64,000 bases of DNA. Origin: Candidatus Eiseniibacteriota bacterium (GTDB lineage: Bacteria; Eisenbacteria; RBG-16-71-46). The DNA lies in contig CAVUWA010000002.1 in NCBI GenBank assembly GCA_963744995.1, forward strand, positions 1,024,001-1,088,000, written 5' to 3'. The notes under the pieces were generated by a model that searched no databases, had not been told where the DNA came from, and was given only the letters and a program-made list of their open reading frames with translations. The position numbers were made by a program, and so were the translations under genes. Of this stretch, positions 1 through 10,054 are shown piece after piece (position 1 is the stretch's first letter; each line of letters starts with the position of its first letter).

Positions 1-1
1 C

Positions 2-88
2 GACATCGGCGCGCACGAGCGCGGCGTCGCGCCGGCGCCCGACACCACGCCGCCCGCGGCGATCGTGGATCTCGGCTCGAGCGAGTGA
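2..88 (+). CDS. 3' end of a CDS truncated by the window edge; probable secreted protein
   Basis: Frame 2 reads DIGAHERGVAPAPDTTPPAAIVDLGSSE*. DIGAxE and DTTPP are typical of secreted beta-helix/choice-of-anchor proteins. Confidence 0.55.
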   Translation, partial: DIGAHERGVAPAPDTTPPAAIVDLGSSE

Positions 89-152
89 CCGCCGGCCGCA
101 GCCGGGACCCCATGACGGGCCCGGCGCCGGCACGGTCCACCGGCCGGCGCGG

Positions 153-1373
153 CTAAGCCGTCCGCTCCACCACCATCGCGATGCCCTGCCCGCCGCCGAT
201 GCAGGCGGAGGCCACGCCCCAGCGCTTGCCGCGCCTGCCCAGCTCGACGAGCAGCGTGTAGAGGAGCCGCGTGCCCGTGGCGCCGAGCGGATGGCCGAGA
301 CCGATCGCGCCGCCGTTCACGTTCACCTTCTCGCGGTCGAGGCCGAGCTCCTTCTCGACGCCCAGGTACTGGCCTGCGAACGCCTCGTTGATCTCGATCA
401 GATCGAGCTGATCGATGCCGATACCGGCGCGTTCGCACGCCTTGCGGATCGAGTCCACCGGACCGAGCCCCATGACCTCGGGATCCACGCCCACGCTCGC
501 GTAGCCGCGCACCGTGCCGAGCGCCTTCTTCCCCGCGGCCTTTGCCGACTCCGCCGAGGTCACCACGACCGCCGCCGCGCCGTCGACGATCCCCGACGCG
601 TTGCCGGCGGTGACGGACGACTCGGGGCCGAACGCGGCCGGCAGCTTCGCCAGCGCCTCCGCGCTGGTGCTGGGGAAGAGGTGGTCGTCCTTGTCCACGG
701 TCACGGTCCGGCCCCGGCCGAGCCGCACCTCGACCGGAACGATCTCCTCGGCGAAGCGGCCGTTGTTCGTCGCCTCGTTGCTGCGCACGTGCGAGCGCAG
801 CGCGTACTCGTCCTGCGCCTCGCGGGTGATGCCGTACCTGCGCGCGACGTTGTCCGAGGTCTGCGCCATGTAGCAGCCGCACATGGAGTCCATGAGCGCG
901 ACCATGAGCGAATCCTCGAGCTGGCCCTGGCCGAGCTTCAGGCCCCCGCGCGCGCCGCGGATCACGTGGGGCGCCTGGCTCATGTTCTCCATGCCGCCCG
1001 CCAGCACCCAGGTGGACTCGCCGGCCTGGATCTGCTGCGCCGCGTCCACCACGCTCTGGATCCCCGAGCCGCACAGGCGATTGACGGTGAGCGCCGGCGT
1101 CTGCTTCGGGACGCCGGCCTTGAGCGCGACGTGGCGCGCGCCGTAGATCGCGTCGCCCGAAGTCTGCATCGCGTTGCCGATCACGACGTGGTCGATCTCG
1201 CTCGCCGGCACGCCGGCGCGCTCGAGTGCAGCGCCAGCCGCCACCGCGGCGAGCTCGATGGCCGAAACCGACGCGAGCGCGCCGCCCGGCTTGCCGTCGC
1301 CCCGCTTGCCGCCGATCCACTCCGCCATCGGCGTGCGGGCGCCGGACAGAATCACGATTTCCTTGCTGGACAT
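153..1373 (-). CDS. Acetyl-CoA C-acyltransferase (thiolase)
   Basis: Thiolase motifs NRLCGSG, NEAFA, GHPLGATG and CIGGGQG; GGAG-free but clear ATG start. Confidence 0.95.
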   Translation of the reverse strand: MSSKEIVILSGARTPMAEWIGGKRGDGKPGGALASVSAIELAAVAAGAALERAGVPASEIDHVVIGNAMQTSGDAIYGARHVALKAGVPKQTPALTVNRLCGSGIQSVVDAAQQIQAGESTWVLAGGMENMSQAPHVIRGARGGLKLGQGQLEDSLMVALMDSMCGCYMAQTSDNVARRYGITREAQDEYALRSHVRSNEATNNGRFAEEIVPVEVRLGRGRTVTVDKDDHLFPSTSAEALAKLPAAFGPESSVTAGNASGIVDGAAAVVVTSAESAKAAGKKALGTVRGYASVGVDPEVMGLGPVDSIRKACERAGIGIDQLDLIEINEAFAGQYLGVEKELGLDREKVNVNGGAIGLGHPLGATGTRLLYTLLVELGRRGKRWGVASACIGGGQGIAMVVERTA

Positions 1374-1690
1374 GGAGTTGCCTCGCTGAACGGAGAAACG
1401 TCTCGAAGTGGGCCCATCGTGCCTCCCCGCTTTGGATGCGGCGCGCGGACGCTCGACGCGGCGGCGGGAAGCTAGCAGAGGGTCATGGGGCGCTCAACCG
1501 TCACCGTGGCATCGTATCGTGCGGGAGGTCGCGTGGTGCGGATCGCCCGCAGGCGCTGCGGGCGGGCCGTGCGCCGTGACAGCGCCGCGCCGCTTGGGCA
1601 CTATGCGGCGCATCGCTCCGCCGCTGCGGGGCTCCGCCGCGCGGTGCGGCGCGGGCCCCTCGCGAAGGCCCGCTACGAGGGAGGTCCGCC

Positions 1691-1909
1691 ATGCCCGGAC
1701 AGGGATCGGGCGGCAACGTCGTCGCCGCACTCGCCAGCTTCTTCATTCCGGGGCTCGGTCAGCTGCTGCAGGGCCGGCTGCTGATGGCGATCATCATGTT
1801 CGTGCTCGCTGCCGCGCTGTGGTTTTTCCTCCTCGGCTGGATCATCCACCTGTGGTCCATCATCGACGCCGCGCGCTGGAAGCCGCACGGTCAGGAGTCC
1901 CGCCCATGA
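1691..1909 (+). CDS. Small membrane protein (72 aa)
   Basis: GGAGG RBS, motif [10 protein letters not shown], hydrophobic segments; stop overlaps the next ATG (ATGA). Confidence 0.75.
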   Translation: MPGQGSGGNVVAALASFFIPGLGQLLQGRLLMAIIMFVLAAALWFFLLGWIIHLWSIIDAARWKPHGQESRP

Positions 1910-2325
1910 AATCGAAGACCCATCATCTGACCATGAACGTGCCCGCCCGCCGCGGTTTCGTGAACATCACGCCGGAAGTCGAGCGCGTCGTCGGCGCGAG
2001 CGGTGTGCGCGAGGGGCTCGTGCTGGTCAACGCCATGCACATCACCGCGAGCGTGTTCATCAACGACGACGAGCGCGGACTGCATCATGACTACGAGCAG
2101 TGGCTCGAACGGATCGCCCCGCACGCGCCGACCTCGCAGTATCGCCACAACGACACCGGCGAGGACAACGCCGACGCGCACATGAAGCGGCAGATCATGG
2201 GGCGCGAAGTGGTGGTGGCGATCACCGACGGTCGGCTCGATTTCGGCCCGTGGGAGCAGATCTTCTACGGCGAGTTCGACGGGCGGCGGAAGAAGCGGGT
2301 GCTGGTGAAGGTGATCGGCGAATGA
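1906..2325 (+). CDS. yjbQ: YjbQ/UPF0047 family protein (secondary thiamine-phosphate synthase-like)
   Basis: Motifs [38 protein letters not shown]. Confidence 0.9.
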   Translation: MKSKTHHLTMNVPARRGFVNITPEVERVVGASGVREGLVLVNAMHITASVFINDDERGLHHDYEQWLERIAPHAPTSQYRHNDTGEDNADAHMKRQIMGREVVVAITDGRLDFGPWEQIFYGEFDGRRKKRVLVKVIGE

Positions 2326-2840
2326 GCGCGGCCGACGGCGGCGTGCGGGTGCGCGGCGCGGCGCCGGGCGATGTGCCGCGCATCCATGCGCTGATGCGCG
2401 GGCTCGCCGTGTACGAGCGGCTGGAGGCCGAGTTCACCGCCACCGCCGAAGGCATGCACGATGCCCTGTTCGGTCCGAATCCGGCCGTCGAGTGCCTCGT
2501 GCTCGAGCGGGACGGTGAGCTGCTCGGCTACGCGCTCTTCTACCCGGTGTTCTCGTCGTTCCGTGCCCGGCGCACGATGTGGCTCGAGGACCTCTACGTG
2601 GATCCCGCGCTGCGCGGGACGGGCGGGGGCAGGGCGCTGATGGGCGCACTCGCGAGGCGCTGCGTGGAGCGCGGCATCACCCGCATCGGCTGGATCGTGC
2701 TCGACTGGAACGAACCGGCGATCGGCTTCTACCGGCGGCTGGGCAGCGAAGAGCAGCCCACCGGCGACTGGCTGCAGCACGCCCTGGACGAAGCCGGCGT
2801 GCGGCGGCTCGCGGCGGAGGCGGCGCCCGAGGACGCCTGA
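2322..2840 (+). CDS. GNAT family N-acetyltransferase (spermidine/diamine acetyltransferase-like)
   Basis: Motifs [16 protein letters not shown] and [16 protein letters not shown] overlap with yjbQ. Confidence 0.88.
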   Translation: MSAADGGVRVRGAAPGDVPRIHALMRGLAVYERLEAEFTATAEGMHDALFGPNPAVECLVLERDGELLGYALFYPVFSSFRARRTMWLEDLYVDPALRGTGGGRALMGALARRCVERGITRIGWIVLDWNEPAIGFYRRLGSEEQPTGDWLQHALDEAGVRRLAAEAAPEDA

Positions 2841-2886
2841 GGCCTCGAGTGCCCCGTCGCCGGCGTCCCGCGGGTGACCGGGCCGC

Positions 2887-3402
2887 TCAGTCTTCCGCGA
2901 TGCGGACCGCCTCGGCGGCGCCCTCGACCAGCGTCTCGTGCAGGCCGCCGACCAGCGCGGCAAGGTCGTCCGCAGGCTCGCGCTCGAGCGTCATGTGCCG
3001 CGCCGCGGCGGTCCCGAGACGCACGGTGACGGTCCCGGCGCCGCTGGCGCCTCCCGCCTGACCGATCTCGCCGTACTCGGCATAACGCTCGGCCACCAGC
3101 GCGCGACGGGCTTGAAAGGCCTGAACGTCCGCCGCGCGGCTCATCCATTGCTCCAGCACGGCCTCGTGCATCGCGTCGATCGCCGCCCCGGTCTCGCGGT
3201 TGAAGCCGCCGGCGGCGACCAGGGCGCGCACGCACGCGTAGAGCGAGAAGCATTCGAACTCGATCCGGGCGCGGAACACCGTCTGATCGTCGCCGGCCGC
3301 GGGCATGACGTCCGACTCGACGAGGTCCTGCCAGAGCCGCGGCTCGACCTCGACGAAGAACGCCGCCAGGGCACGGCCGCGCGTCTCCGGATCGGCGATC
3401 AT
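2887..3402 (-). CDS. Hypothetical helical protein
   Basis: Genome-typical codon usage; starts 3 bp after the proC stop on the same strand. Confidence 0.7.
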   Translation of the reverse strand: MIADPETRGRALAAFFVEVEPRLWQDLVESDVMPAAGDDQTVFRARIEFECFSLYACVRALVAAGGFNRETGAAIDAMHEAVLEQWMSRAADVQAFQARRALVAERYAEYGEIGQAGGASGAGTVTVRLGTAAARHMTLEREPADDLAALVGGLHETLVEGAAEAVRIAED

Positions 3403-3405
3403 CGC

Positions 3406-4218
3406 CTACTCCAGCAACGCCTGCGCGCGCTGGGTCGCCTGAATCACCGATTTGATCAGGGTCACGCGCAGGCCGCCCTCTTCGAGCTGCAGCAGCCCGT
3501 CGATGGTCGTCCCGGCCGGCGTGGTGACGTTGTCCTTGAGCAGCGCCGGATGCGCGCCGGTCTCGATCACCATCGTGCCGGCGCCCCTGACGGTCTGCGC
3601 GGCCAGCTCGGTCGCCAGGTGACGCGGCAGCCCCATCTTGACGCCGCCCTCGGCGAGCGACTCGATCACCACGTAGATGAACGCGAGCCCGCTCGCCGAC
3701 AGGCCGGTGATCGCATCGAGGTGCTTCTCGTCCACCGCGACCACGCGCCCGACCGCGCTGAAGATCTCGCGCGCGATCTCGAGGTGCGCTTCGCCGGCGT
3801 GCATGCCGCGCGCGATTCCCGTGATCGCCTCTTTGACGAGTGCCGCGGTGTTGGGCATCGCGCGCACCACCGGAATCGGGCCGTGCAGGCGCGACTCGAT
3901 GAAGCCGGTGCTCACCGACGCCGCCACCGAGAGCAGCAGCTGGGCAGGGGTGAGGTGCGGTGCGACCTCGTCCAGCACCGGCGCAACGGTCTGCGGCTTC
4001 ACGGCCAGCACGACCAGGTCCGCCTCGCGCGCCGCTTCGACATTCGAGGCCGCCGCGCGCACGCCGAGCGCGGCGGCGAGATGGGGCGCGCGCTCCGGCG
4101 TGCCGCCGGTCACCGTGATGTGGCCGGCGTCGATGGCGCGGGCGTCGATCAGGCCGCGGATCAGCGCCTCGCCGAGCTTGCCGGCGCCGATCACGGCCAT
4201 GCGGGTGTCGTTCAACAT
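3406..4218 (-). CDS. proC: Pyrroline-5-carboxylate reductase
   Basis: GAGKLG Rossmann motif, LAVKP, RAMPN, VTTPAGTT. Confidence 0.95.
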   Translation of the reverse strand: MLNDTRMAVIGAGKLGEALIRGLIDARAIDAGHITVTGGTPERAPHLAAALGVRAAASNVEAAREADLVVLAVKPQTVAPVLDEVAPHLTPAQLLLSVAASVSTGFIESRLHGPIPVVRAMPNTAALVKEAITGIARGMHAGEAHLEIAREIFSAVGRVVAVDEKHLDAITGLSASGLAFIYVVIESLAEGGVKMGLPRHLATELAAQTVRGAGTMVIETGAHPALLKDNVTTPAGTTIDGLLQLEEGGLRVTLIKSVIQATQRAQALLE

Positions 4219-4321
4219 GGGAAGCCTCCTCGCGCCGCGGGAGGGACGGCGCCTGCGAACGGGTCGCCGGCGTCCGCGTCGGAGCCGGCAGCCGACAGCA
4301 TACCCGCGATGCGCGCGGCGC

Positions 4322-5188
4322 TCACGACGGCGGGTTGGTGCTCCAGTCGTAGAAGCCCCTGCCGGACTTCCGCCCGTGCAGCCCGGCCATCACCATCCGC
4401 TTGAGCAGCGGCGGCGGCGCGAAGCGCGGCTCCTTGAACTCGTCGAACATGATCCCGGCGATCGAACAGGTCGTGTCGAGCCCGACGTAGTCGCCGAGCA
4501 GCAGCGGCCCCATCGGGTAGCCGCAGCCGAGCTTCATGGCGTTGTCGATGTCGTCACGGCTGGCGAGCCCCTGCTCGTAGACGCGGATTGCGTCGAGCAT
4601 GTAGGGGACCAGCAGACGGTTGACGACGAATCCGGTCGAGTCGCCGACGGCCACCGCCGTCTTGCCGAGCTTCCCGCACCACTCCGTTGCCGCCGCCACC
4701 GCGCCCTCGCCGGTGCGGATCGTATGCACGACCTCGACCAGCTTCATCAGCGGCACGGGGTTGAAGAAGTGGAGGCCGATGAATTTCTCGGGACGCTTCG
4801 TGAACGCGCTCATCTCGGTGATCGAGAGACTCGAGGTGTTCGAGGCGAAGATCGCGTCCTTGCCGCAGATCCCGTCCAGCTTCGAGAACAGCTCGCGCTT
4901 CGTGTCGATGTTCTCGACGACGGCCTCGATCACCAGATCGCAACCGGCGAGGTCTTCGAGCTGCGTGGTGCCGGTGAGGTTCGCGAGCGTGGTCTTCATC
5001 GCCTCCTCGGTGACCTTGCCCTTCGCCACACCTCCCTCGAGGAACTTCCGGATCGAACCCATGCCCTTCTGCAGGACGTCGTCCGAGACCTCGCGCACGA
5101 CGGTCGGGAATCCGGCCGCCGCGCTGACCTGCGCGATCCCGCTGCCCATGAGGCCGCAGCCGATCACGCCGACTTTCCGAATCGCCAT
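4322..5188 (-). CDS. 3-hydroxybutyryl-CoA/3-hydroxyacyl-CoA dehydrogenase
   Basis: GCGLMGSGIA, ASNTSSL, GLHFFNP, GFVVNRLL, GRKSGRGFY. Confidence 0.95.
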   Translation of the reverse strand: MAIRKVGVIGCGLMGSGIAQVSAAAGFPTVVREVSDDVLQKGMGSIRKFLEGGVAKGKVTEEAMKTTLANLTGTTQLEDLAGCDLVIEAVVENIDTKRELFSKLDGICGKDAIFASNTSSLSITEMSAFTKRPEKFIGLHFFNPVPLMKLVEVVHTIRTGEGAVAAATEWCGKLGKTAVAVGDSTGFVVNRLLVPYMLDAIRVYEQGLASRDDIDNAMKLGCGYPMGPLLLGDYVGLDTTCSIAGIMFDEFKEPRFAPPPLLKRMVMAGLHGRKSGRGFYDWSTNPPS

Positions 5189-5376
5189 GGTCCACCTTGC
5201 CTTTCCCCGGAATCCCGCCGGCTCGTATCACGATGGAGAACGGCGGGCGAGGTTACGGGAGGGGTGAGGGAGGGGCAAGGCGCCGCGCGAAGCGTTCAGC
5301 GCACCCCGCCTACTGCCGTGGCCGGCGCGGGCTGACCGCAGCCAGGAAGGGTGGCCCTGCAGCTCAACGGCATGGA

Positions 5377-7140
5377 TCAGCGGTTCCCCATTCGCCGGCC
5401 TGGCCTCGGGTCCTCCCGGCCGCCGCGCGAAGCTTCCGCCCTGTCGAGCCACCGAGCGAGCTCGAGGCTGTCGGCCATACCCGCCAGCGATGACCTCGCC
5501 GCGGCGAACCGCCCCGCTCCAGCCAGGGCGATGACGCGCAGCTGCTGCAGCGTCGAGTCGCGCGGAAAGCAGACGAGCGCCGAATCGCAAAAGTCGACGG
5601 CGTCCGCATAGAGATGGTTCTGGATCACGAGGGTGGCCCCGTTTGCGAGAGCTCCCGGGCCCGGACCCAGCCGCATGAATCGGGCACCGGATCCCCGCAT
5701 GACGAGCGTCCGGTCGCACTCGGTCGTGGGCCAGTGATTCACCATTTCGAAACTGGCGACGCTCGGCAGGAACAGGCGCAGCGCTCGCCCGTCGTTCAGC
5801 ACGACGGACAACAGATCCTCGGCTCCGGGGCGATCGGCAATTCGTGCGCCGCTGGATACACGATAGGTGGCGCCCGCGGAGGGAGGCACGTAGGCGATGA
5901 CCTCCCGATCGGACTGCAACAGTGCCGCGCGCACGGAAGCGACGGCCCGCCTCGCCATTTCGGATTTCCGCCGTGTCGGGTCGAGCAGCAGGGCACGGTC
6001 CGGCGTGCGCGCGGTGAGCCGCTCACCGATCATCGTGTTGGCGCGCGCTGCGAACGCGACGATGAGCGCGAGCAGACCCAGCGAGGCCATCCGCACTCTC
6101 CAGCGGGCCCCCCGCGGAGGCGCACGGCCGGCAAGACCGACCAGGGTCGCTGCCACCCCGGTCGCGGCGCCGGGGAGCGCGGTGTACGCGTAGTGCAGGT
6201 AGGTCTGGTGCGCGAGGATCAGCACAGGAGCGAGCCCGAGCAGCCACCAGGCAAGCGCAAGCGTCGCAATGCGCCGTTGCTCACGCATGAGCAGCGGCGG
6301 GCCGAACACGAGCACGAACGCCATCAGCCCCGTGGTGACGAGTTCGCGGTGGGGCACGGTGAGGATGTCGGGGAGGGGATGGACGAGATCGGTGACCCAG
6401 GCCGAATACGTGGCCAGGTTGGTGAGGAGTGTCGCGGGGCTGCCGAGCTGATAGACGTCACCCGGCCCGAGGCCGAACCTCCAGAGCAGCCACATTCCGA
6501 TTGCAGCGGCGACGCTCACGGTCAGGAGGACGCGCCACGCCACATCATTTCCTCCGGGGCGGCGTCCGCTTCCACCGAGAGCCGGAACCACCGGCAGCAG
6601 CAGGACCGACTCCTTGGAGAACAGCGCCAGCACGAAACAGACGGCCGACACGGTCACCCGCGCGAGCCCTGGTCCCGCCACGAGGAATGCCGCCAGCGTC
6701 AGCATCAACGCGAGCGCGCCATTCAAGTCGACCGCCTCGCCCAGCATGGGAGTGATGACCGGGGCCAGGGCGAATAGCGCCGCCGATGTCCAGGCCAGCG
6801 GGCGCGACCCCGTCACCCGAATCAGGCCGGCATAGACGAGTCCGACATTGACGAGGTGAACGAGGAGGCTCGCCACGTAGAACGGCAGCGGATCCGGACC
6901 GAACGCGTGGAGCATCGCCCGGAAGTAGAGCACCTGAGACAGGATGCGGTGGGGCGACGGAGCCGTTGCGACCAGACCGGCAGCCTGTTGAAGATGCATC
7001 AGGTCATCCGGGGCGAAGAAGAGACCCGGCAGATGGCGCTGCACCCAGATCGCCAGAACGAGAAGCAAACCGAGCCCCGTGGGCCCGAACGGCAGCTGGC
7101 CGGGGACGTCCTGGTGGGGTGAACCGGACTCGTCTGACAT
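5377..7140 (-). CDS. Polytopic membrane protein, GT-C (PMT/TMTC-like) glycosyltransferase candidate
   Basis: TM1 followed by a DD motif (FAPDDLMHL), SLLVHLVN, LALFSKE, about 10 hydrophobic segments and a soluble C-terminus. Confidence 0.6.
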   Translation of the reverse strand: MSDESGSPHQDVPGQLPFGPTGLGLLLVLAIWVQRHLPGLFFAPDDLMHLQQAAGLVATAPSPHRILSQVLYFRAMLHAFGPDPLPFYVASLLVHLVNVGLVYAGLIRVTGSRPLAWTSAALFALAPVITPMLGEAVDLNGALALMLTLAAFLVAGPGLARVTVSAVCFVLALFSKESVLLLPVVPALGGSGRRPGGNDVAWRVLLTVSVAAAIGMWLLWRFGLGPGDVYQLGSPATLLTNLATYSAWVTDLVHPLPDILTVPHRELVTTGLMAFVLVFGPPLLMREQRRIATLALAWWLLGLAPVLILAHQTYLHYAYTALPGAATGVAATLVGLAGRAPPRGARWRVRMASLGLLALIVAFAARANTMIGERLTARTPDRALLLDPTRRKSEMARRAVASVRAALLQSDREVIAYVPPSAGATYRVSSGARIADRPGAEDLLSVVLNDGRALRLFLPSVASFEMVNHWPTTECDRTLVMRGSGARFMRLGPGPGALANGATLVIQNHLYADAVDFCDSALVCFPRDSTLQQLRVIALAGAGRFAAARSSLAGMADSLELARWLDRAEASRGGREDPRPGRRMGNR

Positions 7141-7331
7141 CCGCGCAGACTATCGCTTTTCAAGGGGACTGGCGCCCGCCTCGCGCATCCCTTACGATCC
7201 GCGCCGACGCGGGCGGGTGGTCGCGACGTCCCGTTTCCCCCTTTCGTTGACCCTCGCCTTTCGCCGGGCTGCTCCGCGCCCGTTCGCGCGGCGGGGGCTT
7301 GTCGTCTCCGGAGCCGCGGGAGATTCCTCAG

Positions 7332-8549
7332 GTGAGCCATTCCATCCTCGAGTCCCTGATCATCGAGAACGAATCGAAGATCGTACTGCTGGTGCTGGAC
7401 GGTCTCGGCGACATCCCCGACCGTGAGCGCGGCGGCATGACGCCGCTCGAGGCGGCGAAGACGCCGCACCTGGACGCGCTGGCTCCGGCCGCGGCGCAGG
7501 GCCGCATTCTGCCGGTGGCGCCGGGCATCACGCCGGGCAGCGGGCCCGGCCACCTGGCGTTGTTCGGCTACGATCCGATCGAGATCGCGGTCGGGCGCGG
7601 CGTGCTCGAAGCGCTCGGCGCCGGCATGTCGCTCAAGCCCGGCGACATCGCCGCGCGCGCCAACTTCTGCACCATCGATCCACAGGGCGTCGTCACCGAC
7701 CGCCGCGCCGGGCGGATCGCGAGCGAGGATTCGGCGAAGCTGGTCGAGGTGCTGAAGAAGGAGACGTCGCGCATCGACGACGTCGAGGTGATCCTCAAAG
7801 CGGGCAAGCAGCACCGCTTCGTCGCCGTGCTGCGCGGCGAGGGGCTGGGCGAGGGCGTCAGCGACGCGGATCCGCACCACGAGGGCGAGCCGATTCCCGA
7901 TGCGCGCCCGACCGACGACGACGCGCGCGCGCAGAAGACCGCGCACATCGTCAACCGCTTCATCGCGCGCGCGAAGGACGTGCTCAACGGCGAGAAGCGC
8001 GCCAACGCGGCGCTGATGCGCGGGATTTCGGCGCGCCCGCACTTCCCGGGCTACGCCGAGCGCTTCAAGCTGCGCGCCGCGGCGATCGCCGCCTATCCCA
8101 TGTACCGCGGCGTCGCCGAGCTCGCCGGCATGGACGTGCTGCCGGTCGGCGACACTCCGGGCGACGCGTTCGCGCTCGCCGGCAGGCGCTGGGGCGACTT
8201 CGACTATTTCTTCATCCACGTCAAGGCGACGGACATGGCGGGCGAGGACGGCGATTTCGACGCGAAGGTGAAGGCGATCGAGACCGTGGACGCCGCGCTG
8301 CCGCAGCTGCTCGCGCTCGAGCCGGACGTGCTGTGCATGACCGGGGACCATTCCACTCCCGTGCCGGCCCGCGCCCATTCGTGGCATCCGGTGCCGGTGC
8401 TCGTGCACGGGCGACTCTGCGGCGCCGACTTCGCGCCGCGGTTCCACGAGAAGTCCGCGCGCGCCGGCAGCCTCGGCGACTTCGCGAGCAAGGACCTGAT
8501 GTCGGTGCTGCTCGCGAACGCGCTGCGACTCGACAAGTACGGAGCCTGA
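7332..8549 (+). CDS. apgM: 2,3-bisphosphoglycerate-independent phosphoglycerate mutase (archaeal type)
   Basis: LVLDGLGD, TPGSGPGHLALFGYDP, DRRAGRI, TGDHSTP; GTG start estimated. Confidence 0.92.
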   Translation: MSHSILESLIIENESKIVLLVLDGLGDIPDRERGGMTPLEAAKTPHLDALAPAAAQGRILPVAPGITPGSGPGHLALFGYDPIEIAVGRGVLEALGAGMSLKPGDIAARANFCTIDPQGVVTDRRAGRIASEDSAKLVEVLKKETSRIDDVEVILKAGKQHRFVAVLRGEGLGEGVSDADPHHEGEPIPDARPTDDDARAQKTAHIVNRFIARAKDVLNGEKRANAALMRGISARPHFPGYAERFKLRAAAIAAYPMYRGVAELAGMDVLPVGDTPGDAFALAGRRWGDFDYFFIHVKATDMAGEDGDFDAKVKAIETVDAALPQLLALEPDVLCMTGDHSTPVPARAHSWHPVPVLVHGRLCGADFAPRFHEKSARAGSLGDFASKDLMSVLLANALRLDKYGA

Positions 8550-8552
8550 CCC

Positions 8553-9695
8553 GTGAAACGGATCCTCGTCGCATTCGGTTGTTCCACCCTGTTCGCCGCC
8601 GGCGCAGCGTGCGCGCAGCCGCCGGCGCCGATCAGCGCCGGCCTGTTCGCCTTCACCGGCCAGTCCATTGCCCCCGGCACCGCGCGCGGCGCCGCTCTCG
8701 CGGGTGCGAATCGCTGGCTCGGCGACGAGCCCTTTCACAACCCGGCGGTCGCGGCGCCCGGGGATGTCGTGCTCACCCCGGTGCTGCAGCGCGTGAGCCG
8801 TCAGGATCTGCGCGCCGACAACCGGGAGTACGATGAGACCTCGGCGTTCTTCGACGTGCTGGGCGGCTGGACGGGGCGCCAGTTCGGCGCCTTCGACCTC
8901 AGCCTCTACGCCCATCAGGCGCTGCTGCGTCACGAGCGTTTCGCGTTCACGCGCGGCATCAACGCGACCCCGCCGGCCACCATCGAGGGCCAGGCCGATC
9001 AGCGTGAATTCCGCGCCGGTCTCGCGATCTCGCGCGCCGCGGGCGCATGGCGGTTCGGCGTGGCCGGTGAGTGGAACGGCCGCGACGACACCTACGAAAC
9101 CGTCGAGACCTCGGGATCGCCGGAATCCGGAGCGAGCCACGCGGATTTCTCGGGCGGCGGGGTCGGCGGACAGGCGGGGGTGCAGTGGACGGGAGCGGCG
9201 CCGTGGGGGGGTGATCTGGTGGTGGGGGCCGCGGCGCGCTTCATTCCGTCGCTCGACGTGGACGGCTCGCAGGAGCTTCACCTGCTGGTCGGCGACAGCA
9301 CCGCTTCGTTCAAGGCGACCCGCGAGTCGGGATGGGAGGGTGGCGTGTCGGCGAGCCTGCCGGTCACCCCGACCTTCCGCGTCATGGTCGCGGCCGGTGG
9401 CCGCACGGCTCAGCACTGGGACGGCTTCGGCGTGACCGACGGGAGAGTCGCGAGCTGGATGGCCGGCGGCGAGTTCCATGCCCCCGAGGTGCCGTGGACG
9501 TTCCGCTTCGGCCTCGGCCAGGAACAGCAGACGGACGCCCCCGAGTCGCGCTCGGGCGTGCTCGGCCTCGGCCTCGGCTGGGACTTCGAGGGTGTGCGCG
9601 TGGACGTCGGCGGGCTGCGCCGCACGCTGGAACGTGTGAGCGAGCCCACTTCGTACGAGGATCGCCTGGTCGGCTCGGTCGTGATCGGTTTCTAG
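8553..9695 (+). CDS. Outer-membrane beta-barrel protein, FadL/PorV-like
   Basis: Signal peptide, N-terminal ARGAALAGA...NPA hatch-like motif, alternating beta-strands, terminal Phe. Confidence 0.65.
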   Translation: MKRILVAFGCSTLFAAGAACAQPPAPISAGLFAFTGQSIAPGTARGAALAGANRWLGDEPFHNPAVAAPGDVVLTPVLQRVSRQDLRADNREYDETSAFFDVLGGWTGRQFGAFDLSLYAHQALLRHERFAFTRGINATPPATIEGQADQREFRAGLAISRAAGAWRFGVAGEWNGRDDTYETVETSGSPESGASHADFSGGGVGGQAGVQWTGAAPWGGDLVVGAAARFIPSLDVDGSQELHLLVGDSTASFKATRESGWEGGVSASLPVTPTFRVMVAAGGRTAQHWDGFGVTDGRVASWMAGGEFHAPEVPWTFRFGLGQEQQTDAPESRSGVLGLGLGWDFEGVRVDVGGLRRTLERVSEPTSYEDRLVGSVVIGF

Positions 9696-9800
9696 CAGCG
9701 CCGCGGGCCCGGCGCCGGCCCGCCGCCCGCGCTCCGGAACCGCCCGCCGCGCGCACCCGGGGCGGCCGACGGCCGCGCTGCTGGCACGGCCCCGGCAGGG

Positions 9801-9809
9801 TGTTATACT
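9801..9809 (+). promoter_or_regulatory. Extended -10 promoter element upstream of tRNA-Leu/tig
   Basis: TGTTATACT (TGn + TATACT) in an otherwise very GC-rich intergenic region. Confidence 0.55.
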
Positions 9810-9917
9810 GCGCCCGACTGTGACCCTGGCAGATCCGCTCCAGTTCGTTCCGAACGTCTTGCGTGGAAGGCGGCCCTCGGCTGCAACGCTCGGACCGGGC
9901 TGGAGATTCCGTCTCAT

Positions 9918-9999
9918 GCGAGAGTGGCGGAACTGGCAGACGCGCTGGATTTAGGTTCCAGTGGGGAAACTCGTGGGGGTTCGACTCCCCCCTCTCGCA
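9918..9999 (+). tRNA. tRNA-Leu(TAG)
   Basis: Acceptor stem GCGAGAG/CTCTCGC, anticodon arm CTGGA-TTTAGGT-TCCAG, long variable arm, GTTCGAC T-loop; CCA not encoded. Typical position upstream of tig. Confidence 0.95.
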
Positions 10000-10054
10000 C
10001 AGTGTGGACGATTCCCCCCGGCCGACACCCTGGACCCATGGAAACGGAAGACGC

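Noticed and set aside
1374..1690. Divergent intergenic region with a GCCCGCAG/CTGCGGGC hairpin and short ORFs
   Set aside because: A single short hairpin is expected by chance at this GC content, and the ORFs lack an RBS and coding-like composition.
6999..9917. 972-aa minus-strand ORF and similar long antisense or alternate-frame ORFs (e.g. 13213-15921, 22624-24918, 35846-38608, 49488-51914, 52454-55018)
   Set aside because: They shadow well-supported genes on the other strand, are Arg/Ala/Pro-rich without motifs, and are expected in very high-GC DNA with few stop codons.
9918..10002. tRNA-Leu without encoded CCA as a pseudogene
   Set aside because: The cloverleaf is intact, and CCA is commonly added post-transcriptionally.
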